DNA from: Epithemia pelagica
Lineage: Eukaryota; Protista; Bacillariophyta
Assembly (NCBI GenBank): GCA_946965045.2
Contig: OX337237.1
Location: 2,604,001 to 2,668,000 of the forward strand
Direction of reading: 5' to 3'
Length of the DNA stretch: 64,000 bases
In this document: one piece after another, positions 55,573 to 64,000 of the stretch
Layout: each line of letters begins with the position of its first letter
Position numbering within the stretch: the first letter of the stretch is position 1
The notes under the pieces: generated by a model
The model's input: the letters and a program-made list of their open reading frames with translations, nothing else
What the model was told of the DNA's origin: nothing
Databases searched by the model: none
Position numbers and translations under genes: made by a program

Positions 55573-56200
55573 ATCAGGGAGCGGCACCTCCACTGCCGTG
55601 ATAAAGGAGGTGAGATTGTGTGTGTGGTTTGGAGTTTTGTCTCAAAGTTGGGAGTTTCAGGACGCGCCGTGGGGGTGAGAAAGAGAATTCACATCGAAAT
55701 TTCCACCCCCGCTGGGGGGTAGGGGGGTACCTTTGTTCGTCCGTCATCCGAATGGAAAAAATTGTCTCGTATTTTTCCCAAAGCCTGCTCACTTTTTCAT
55801 TTGGCCTCAAAACCAAAAAGACCATCGGAAGACTGTTGCCTTCTTTTCGGGTTTTCCGGGTAGCCCTCCGCCTGTTCGCCCAAAACCGAAGGAAGACCAT
55901 GATCGCTGAGCATCCCGTTGTACCATCCTCCTATCTGCCATCATCTTTGCTCCGGGATGATGATGTTGACGATGGAAATTGCACCGTCACCAGTGGAGCA
56001 CAGACCGTTCGACACTCAAATGTTAGTCCCCATCTCAAACAAAAGGTGCGTCGTTTCCTTCCCAACATTCCCTGTCACGCTGCAGAACGACGGGTAGAGA
56101 ATTCACTTTTGCTGTATGAAACCACAAAACGATTTGAGTTCTTACTTGTTCATTTCTTCCCATTGATTACTTATTTTGATATCTTCTCAACATTCCAACG

Positions 56201-56756
56201 ATGGACGCTACCCAACAGTTAGAAGAAGGTAAGTTGATACTTTGTTTGCTTGTGGACAACGTGATCCAGTCCTGCTTGCAAGTGGATACTTACACTTGTC
56301 GCTTCTTCCTTTCTCGCAGCAAGCCAACTCTTGATGCAGTTCATGGTCAAGTTCCAGAATGACAAGGTGGACGTTGCCAAGTCGCTCACAAATAGTTGGA
56401 TCGCTCAAACGCAAATGGGAGTGAGTGCTTTTACGGTCAAGAGCTGGATTCTGACCCTTTTGCAGGGCGCCGAGGAAGATGGGCCAGAAGACTTCTCAGC
56501 TTATTCTGGTACCGTGGAAAGTTCGGGAGGTAAAATCGCCCGGATTTTAGCGGAGCAAGCTATGTTAGCACGACTTGCCATTGAAAACATTGACTCCTCC
56601 CTTCAGATTATCGAGGTCCTTGGGCGTGTCATTGCACTGTTGGAGGAGCGAGAAGGCGAACCATCATCTCAGCCAGCATCGCTGTAGGTGGAGACGCAGC
56701 CCAATCCTAATGACGACGACCTCTCGTCGCTGTCGAACCGAACTGTGGGCAACTAA
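56201..56756 (+). pseudogene. Diverged third copy of protein X with premature TAG
   Basis: Same 28-nt first exon and 91-bp intron (56229-56319). TAG at 56685-56687, then a homologous tail DDDLSSLSN..GN* continues in frame. Confidence 0.7.
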
Positions 56757-57084
56757 GTAGTTGCGGGACATTCGAGCAGTTTTGCTACGTTTTCCGTGTG
56801 CAAATCGCACTCCCTCCCTCTATTATGATGCACTCTCCCGCATTCATGTATGTAGAAAGGGACCTGGATGACAGGTTCGTAAGAGTTGAATGAATAGTGA
56901 GGGCTTTGAGAGATGATCAATGTCAATTCAAAGTGTGAACGTTCTAGCTAGACGGTGAGTGGAACTCTACTGTCTGTCGTAACCCCCAAATCTCAATCCC
57001 AACCGGCTCTTAAATTTGAGCCCATAACCTGAGCATTTTAGATTTGAGATAAATCTGAGACGAAATTTGTCCGGGGGTAGGCCC

Positions 57085-59772
57085 CGGTACTATTTCCTCC
57101 TCATGCGGGACAAACGTTTCGCCAGTGTGCTTGAATGCCCAAGCTCGACTCCTTTTCTTCACACAATCATCATCACTCTAAACTATACTTTACACTTACA
57201 CCAAAACTCTGGGGGGGGTTGTGGCCCCCCACCGAGGGAAGGTTCTAGACTTGCTCCATGGCTCATAGGCTCCGAAACCCATGTGACCATGTCTATTGTG
57301 GACGAGTGTGCTTCAAGACATGAGAGTCCGAATGCCAGATTCCGCCCTGTAGGGACAGAACCGAACCACCCTGAAATATCTTCACAAGTGATTTGCCATC
57401 AGAACATGAGGCTGCCAACCCCAAATTCCAATGTCTGGTCGGTCTCATGCTATCCACAGGCAAGCTGACAATAGCAAGCGATCAGGACAGCCATGTAAGG
57501 TTAACCCACAACATGACTTGTCGTGACTCCCCCGGGTGGGTGGGCGGGTAAAAAAGAAGCGGAACCACTGTCCATGGACGGATCAGGAACTGGTCCAATG
57601 GTGGCTTCCTTTTCCAATTTCTTGTGATTGCGCAGTCCTTGGTGGGTGAAAATCTCCACCTTCCAGCTCAGGCAAACTTCCCACACGTGGACGAGAAGTT
57701 TGTGTCCTCTTCGTGCGTCCGGCGGTCCCTTCTTAACTTAGGAGTGCGATGCGGTACTATTTCCTCCTCATGCGGGACAAACGTTTCGCCAGTGTGCTTG
57801 AATGCCCAAGCTCGACTCCTTTTCTTCACACAATCATCATCACTCTAAACTATACTTTACACTTACACCAAAACTCTGGGGGGGGGGGGGTTGTGGCCCC
57901 CCACCGAGGGAAGGTTCTAGAATCGCTCCATGGCTCATAGGCTCCGAAACCCATGTGACCATGTCTATTGTGGACGAGTGTGCTTCAAGACATGAGAGTC
58001 CGAATGCCAGATTCCGCCCTGTAGGGACAGAACCGAACCACCCTGAAATATCTTCACAAGTGATTTGCCATCAGAACATGAGGCTGCCAACCCCAAATTC
58101 CAATGTCTGGTCGGTCTCATGCTATCCACAGGCAAGCTGACAATAGCAAGCGATCAGGACAGCCATGTAAGGTTAACCCACAACATGACTTGTCGTGACT
58201 CCCCCCTGTTCGGTCTTTCGTGCATCTTCATTTTTTCACTGCATCATTCCTTTTCCTGTTCAGCCAATGTACTTGTACCGCTGCTATGACAGCAGGTTGC
58301 CGGTATAAAGATCCGTGTGATCAGTTTGAAGTTCCTCAACATTGTTCACGCACCATGAGGAGACTATCCAAACCATCTTCACTGGCTTCCAAAGTATACC
58401 ATCCTCTAACAAAGTGTCCTTCTCCTGCCATCCGCTCTGAACTGACCTGATTCCTCTTTCCTGTACTCAAGACTTGAAACCAGACCACATGCTGTACCTT
58501 CAACCATTCTCCAATTTTCAATGTGCCGATGTCGCAACAGCCCTAAATTAGGGATAGTTTCAATCATAGTACCCATGTGTGCAGTGTACTCTTGAAACTA
58601 TGGGGCTGCCACCAGCACTTCTCCTCGTCCATCCAAACCACCATGATTGTCATCTTGAGACCAACAAGAGCCATCATTCTTCAACTTTCCATGAGCCGAT
58701 GTCGCAACAGCCCTAGATTAGGGATAGTTTCAATCATTGTAACCAAATGCGCCGTGTACTCTTGAAACTATGGGGCTGCCACCAGCACTTCTCCTCGTCC
58801 ATCCAAACCACCATGTTGTCATCTTGAGTCCAACAAGAGCCCTTCCTTCCATCATTCTTCAACTTTCCATGAGCTGATGTCGCGACAGCCCTAGATTAGG
58901 GATAGTCTCAATCATCGTAACCACTTGTGCAGTGTACTCTTGAAACTATAGAATTGCCACCAGCACTTCTCCATATCCATTCAAACCACTCCGGTTCTTG
59001 CCTTGTATCCATAAAAGGTCTGCTTGAAAATCCCCTTTTCATTCGGCTCCTGGGCAACCCTTCGCCACATACCTTCAAATACAGAAGGGTACAAGAGTCA
59101 GGCAGCCAGAAACTGTGACTTCCCGAAGCAATTTCCCTGCAGGGTTGCACAAGATCCTTGTTCCAACGTGGTGTACCATCCAACCAGACCGATTCCAACA
59201 ATTCCAGAAACCCACACTAGTATGGGGACAGCAATCCCCCAGGCATGGGCATGCCCTTCCACAAATAGGCCCAAAGCATTAGGCAACGCATTGCAAAGGG
59301 TCACTTGCAAGCATCCCCTGCTGAATTATGGACCCTTCAGCATCAAGGATGTTGCAGCAGTGTCAATCAAAAGACCTCGCGATACGCCGACAACTTTAGC
59401 CATCCGAATGACCGGCCCAATAGGAGGGCTACACAGAAAGGATGACGGCGCACACCCCCACCGGTCAATACACAGCAACGCCCCGTTGGCCCCACAGAAA
59501 GGGAGGGATCGGAGGCCCAGCCCTTACAAACAGAAGGTGGGTGGCACACCAACGGGGCGCAAAAAGAAGAAAGGAAAAGAAGCGGAACCACTGTCCATGG
59601 ACGGATCAGGAACTGGTCCAATGGTGGCTTCCTTTTCCAGCGGAACCACTGTCCATGGACGGATCAGGAACTGGTCCAATGGTGGCTTCCTTAACTTCCC
59701 ACACGTGGACGAGAAGTTTGTGTCCTCTTCGTGCGTCCGGCGGTCCCTTCTTAACTTAGGAGTGCGATGCGG
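57085..59772 (-). mobile_element. Decayed element with split direct repeats (A1-body-B1-A2-B2 on the minus strand), Ngaro/PAT-like geometry
   Basis: B repeats at 57085-57533 and 57752-58205 (about 99% identical apart from G8 vs G13). A repeats at 57552-57754 and 59575-59772. No intact RT or recombinase ORF. Confidence 0.5.
58528..58988. repeat. Tandem repeat of about 170-178 bp, ~2.6 copies
   Basis: Units start GATGTCGC(A/G)ACAGCCCT at 58528, 58698 and 58876. Confidence 0.85.
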
Positions 59773-60686
59773 CTCATGAACTTTCGTCGTAAACTTATTC
59801 TGAAATCAAAATGGTTATAAATATTCAGACATGAATATTCTAAATCGTATGCCTTCCCTGTGACATAATTATTTCCACAACCTTCTTTGTTATTTAGAGA
59901 AGTGTCTGGGGGTCTGTGGGGGATACGGCGCGAAAAACTAATTAACATATTCATCCTTGTATATTGTATAAAATATGCTGGCGTGTGATTCACAGCTTGT
60001 CATTTTGCGTCTAGGACATTCAGTAGCAGTCGTGATCTTATACTTAAGCTCTACTTTTTGGAATTATTTCTAAGTTTTGCATTGGATTAAGTTTATGACA
60101 TACAGTAGAGGCCCAATATCTTAGTTTCTGACTTCTGACTTCTGACTTTAAGTCGACTTTTCTTTCTGAAAAAGTACAAAGTCAATTTGCAGAACTTTTG
60201 TGGCAGTTGAATTGTTCCTTTTTCAAGAATTTGTTGAGTTTGTGTGTTCCAAGATGGTCGGTCCCGCAACAGCTCATCTCTGCTGGAGTGCGCTGGAGAG
60301 GTCTCTGCTGGAACTAGGTATGCGCATCCGCTGGAGATAAGACTACCTGTGCTACCATGATGAAAATGCCTACCTAGCTAGGGGAGTACTCCTAGTAACT
60401 AGAGCACTTATCTTGGTGAGAGCTTTCCTTTCCAGTGGTGGAATAGTTGCTTGGTCTCAAGCAGAATCTTTTTGTTTTGTTGCCATGTCATTATTATCTC
60501 CTTAGCAGAACTCTCATTGAGAATTCAGAAGGGTAATAGGTAGTTGGGGTAAAAGGCTCGCTGAGCCGACAATCGAATCACCAACCGATACAACAATCCT
60601 CCACGGGTCAGAGAAGAGTTGCAAGTCAAAGTCCGCCGTGGGTGGGGGCAGTCGGTCCACTGATAAGAGGTTAGTCTTAAGATGAG

Positions 60687-61257
60687 TGTTAAAATGGTGA
60701 TATTAATGATTGTGAGATGATTACTAACTAAGGTGGTTGATGGTGCCGAAGTCCTGGCTCTTGTATACGGCCATGGATCTGGTGTGATAGGTCCTCACTG
60801 GTTGGAGTAGACCGGCATTGGTGTATATTGAATGTATAGGGTGATGGATAACATGTATGGGATGCAACAGCTCTTGCTTTGTCGTGGTATAAGTCTTGTG
60901 CTGGGCGCGTTGCTGTTTGCATTCTTGGATTTGTGGGAACAGAGATATGGTCTCGCGTGATCGTGATTCGTGCTTTGATTACATAGACCGTTAGGTCGAA
61001 TCGTGGATGCGCGTACTCGGATAGTCAAGGCGCGCATTCGATGGTTTTGGGCGCGCACGTGTTGGGCCATAGTTAATATCCGAGCGGTCGCCGATAACAC
61101 GTGCAATGCGAGCATGCCATGGCCAAATTTATAGTTTCGCGAGCATGCCGACATTCCTTTCTCACTTTTAGGAAAATGTCATCGGATGCCATAAAATACT
61201 AGCATCATTCGATGAGTTGTAGGTTTCGCCACCTAGTTTTCGGTGAGAATCCTAACA
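60687..61257 (-). repeat. Probable 3' LTR of the degenerate Copia
   Basis: On the minus strand a GGGGAG tract is followed by TGTTAGG at 61257. The distal end (TTAACA near 60687) is tentative because the partner LTR lies outside the window. Confidence 0.45.
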
Positions 61258-64000
61258 CTCCCCACAATTCGTCGAATGAGGATTGTTATTTTCCTTGTCA
61301 TGCTTCTGAACGTTTCCTCCCCAGAAGAATATGATCTTGAACATGGTCCATACTTTCGAGAATTTCCAATGCTTGTTGAGAATGTCTCCTGGATGTTCTC
61401 ATAGTCATCATTCTTGAGTTGGTAGGTCTTGTCGATGCCCTTTGAGCTATGCTCCCCAGGTGCCTTCTTCATCCAAACATTGGGATCTGCTTTAGTTGGT
61501 GACAAATCCATATCAATTGGGGTGTCAAAGAAACAGTCACGCCAACATGCTCCTGAAGATTTTAATCCCTTGGAGGCCTTGTGCGTAATCAAGATGTGAC
61601 CTGATTCCTTGAGTTCTTGTCTTGCAACTATCAAGATCTTCTCTCCAGATAAAGCTTCCAGGTCGTGTGCATTTCCAACTTTTGCTCCCCATATATCCAC
61701 ATCATTGAGAATCCCAAGACAGGTGGTTGTATGGAAGTTGTGAATGGAAGTAGTACACAAAAAGATTACCTCAACCGGTTCTTTGGTAAAAGCCTCGTCT
61801 GTGATGAGAAGTGCTGGGCGACTATCATCATGTTTTACAAGATGGATTCGAATCTTGTTCTTGTGATACTCTTCTGGTGATGCATTTATCATTTCCCTTC
61901 TTTTGAACTGAGCTTGAACGCAATCCTGGATTTTTGTGAGGGATTGGATCTGTGAAACCTGAAAGAGCTCAACTTCGGTAGTGTCGTGCCACTTTCTTTT
62001 ACCATGTTGCTTGTCTAACAAAACAACTAATTCTTCATTTGTCTTTGAAACTTGATAACCAAACTTGTACTTGATGGAACGACAGACTTGCTTGATTCTT
62101 GACTGCTGTTTGGCAGCTTGAACAAGGCATTTACTGGTCTTGACAAAATGCTTGAGATGTTTCCATCCAAGTTCATTCAATAGATCATGTTTCTTGGCAT
62201 AGGCATCATTTACCACGAGTGACGGAGGCTCATAGATCATCGCCCCAGTCTCCCAATCAACAAGTATATTACAGTGACTTCTTTTGTAGTCAGGATTGTT
62301 GCTAATACTTGACGGTTCTTGATCTGCAACAACGTCTCTGAACTGGAAAACGTCATCTTCAGTTGCCTAAGCTTGGTTGTCCTGTTTGATGTATTCCATA
62401 TGTTGACGGTATGAAATTATCTTGTCAATGTCGGAAATAGATTTGCAGAAAGTGTACTTGATATAGTCTTCTTGCTTGAGAGCATCTTGTTCTAAATCAA
62501 CGATGCATCTGATAAGACATGGTTGTGGTTGCTCCCCATTATATGGTTGTCGTTGCTCCCCATTTTCCTCTGGATCATAAACAAGGAAAGGTTGTCCAAT
62601 AGTGTTATCACATTTGATCATAGGCATTTGCGTGGATGGATCTTCACCTTTGCTACAAATGAAAATGGGTTTATTTGGAAGCGACTCCTCCCCTGAAGAG
62701 GTATCCACACAAAGGTTGCTGGGTGGCGTGGGTGCATCATGAAGAATGGCAGAGTAACAAAGGGTTTGAGTGTCCAGAGACAAAGTATCACCAATAGGAG
62801 GGGCAAAAACAAGCCAGTAGCCAAGTGTCGTGACAAAAGAGGGAGGGTAGGGACGGTAGGGACGGTGGGAGAGGGCATATGATTCGGTAAAGTAGGGGGC
62901 CTTGTTCCAGATAAGGAAGAAAAGAGGGTGGGTAATGCCGGGTGGGCGACCATTGAGGATCTCAAGAGGGATATGGCCCGAAATGGTCACGACGTATGTT
63001 GTCCTCTTAACGGTCTGATAACGGTTCTCAGCCATGTTCTGATCTTGGAGGTATGATTTGGAACAGTACTCTCCAAGTATGGGTGTGAAGAAGGAAGGTG
63101 TATCCGGTCCATGATCGTAAGGTAAATCCAAGAGAAGGTTGAGGTTACAGACAACACGATTGGTATATTTCCCAAACGCATCATTTGGATTACCATCATT
63201 TTCAACAGTCCTCAAAGAAGGTGCCGTATCTTGTATGGGATCAAGATGCCAATGATTAAAGCCAGTCATGTGATTGTCGCCGGAGAAAGTAGACATGCGA
63301 GAGAGCAGATGTCGAGATGTCTGAACTTTCTGTTTACGATTGTTGTTCTTGGGACAATCATTAGGGATGGATGTTGTCTTGGTATTGGATTCCAAATTAG
63401 CAAGATTAGATGTTGGATGATTGACAACAAGATTGGTCACAACTTGAGGAACCAACCGGGTAATCAGATCAAAGAAATTATCTTGATGGTCTTGGGAATC
63501 ATCTTGAATCATGTTGTCAATCCATGCACGACCAGGGTCGGGATCAGGTTCCGGATCAATGTCAAGAGTATGCGTCTGTTCCATGCATGCAGTTGTTGAT
63601 GACGCATTCTGGGTAGACTTGTTGTACGCAATGATTACTTGACGACTATTGTCGTTGAGTTTACTCCATAGATTTCTTGGAAGACTGATCTTTGGACGAA
63701 GCGAAGATGATTCCTTGGTCTTCACGTTAGTTCTCTTAATCATGCGGTGTTTTTCTTTGGGTGATAGATCTTTGATATCAAAATCTTGATCATAGTGAAA
63801 GTCGCATTGCTTGGTATGCTTAAGTCGGTTAGACTTTGGTGCTCGAGTTGCTTGGTCATGATCATATGCGGCATCAAGGAGAAGACGGAAATATGATTGA
63901 TAACAAAGTGTCTTTGCACCAGACAAGATGTTGACTTGTCGTAAATCAGGTACCTTTTCAACGGCTTTCATCAGGAAGGTCATCCTAGTGGAGTGGCCAG
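61233..64000 (-). mobile_element. Degenerate, internally deleted Copia (CoDi-like) gag-pol, truncated by the window edge
   Basis: Remnants ILVDWETG, YKFGYQV, KIRIHLV, GLKSSGA.W and KADPNVW. One in-frame TAG at 62367-62369. No YVDD motif or RNase H recognised. Confidence 0.8.

Larger units (their letters stand above)
48079..55721. mobile_element. AcademH-like DNA transposon (7,643 bp)
   Basis: Perfect 16-bp terminal IR TACCCCCCAGCGGGGG within 126-bp imperfect TIRs. Flanking direct repeat GGGGGGTACC at 48069-48078 and 55722-55731. Convergent RecQ-like helicase and large transposase-like ORF. Confidence 0.85.

Noticed and set aside
35282-55721. Prokaryotic anti-phage defence island (PLD + helicase + NTPase/REase)
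   Set aside because: The context is eukaryotic (spliceosomal introns, signal peptides), and the helicase lies inside its own TIR/TSD-bounded transposon, separate from the cassette.
57360-57400. EDISGWF as an RT motif remnant on the minus strand
   Set aside because: It lies within a terminal repeat, in a frame with stops, with no other RT motifs nearby.
60128-60148. (CTGACTT)x3 as the end of a MITE
   Set aside because: No matching inverted end or TSD could be found.

Overview
Eukaryotic nuclear DNA, almost certainly from a diatom. Evidence: GT-AG introns, bipartite plastid presequences on nuclear genes such as HCF136/Ycf48, and CoDi-type Copia elements. The left half (1-35 kb) holds ordinary low-complexity-rich host genes (2OG-oxygenase/ankyrin, riboflavin kinase, START, beta-propeller, HCF136, WD40, TAZ-finger, WW). 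It is interrupted by a ~13.9-kb block bracketed by a 238-bp direct repeat, which carries pseudogene fragments and a young Copia with identical LTRs and gag/pol separated by one in-frame UGA. The right half is an accessory region with four components. (i) A ~6.3-kb cassette duplicated in tandem at ~99% identity encodes a small intron-containing protein, a Crinkler-like P-loop NTPase + restriction-endonuclease-fold protein with an apparent plastid-targeting presequence, a short acidic ORF, and a PLD-nuclease homologue lacking its catalytic His. (ii) An apparently complete 7,643-bp DNA transposon has TIRs, a 10-bp TSD, a RecQ-like helicase and a convergent Academ-type transposase. This matches AcademH, which to my knowledge was described from animals and fungi. 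(iii) A split-direct-repeat relic has Ngaro/PAT-like geometry. (iv) A degenerate second Copia runs off the window edge. No rRNA, tRNA or CRISPR array was seen. All family assignments come from motif recognition by eye; no searches were run.
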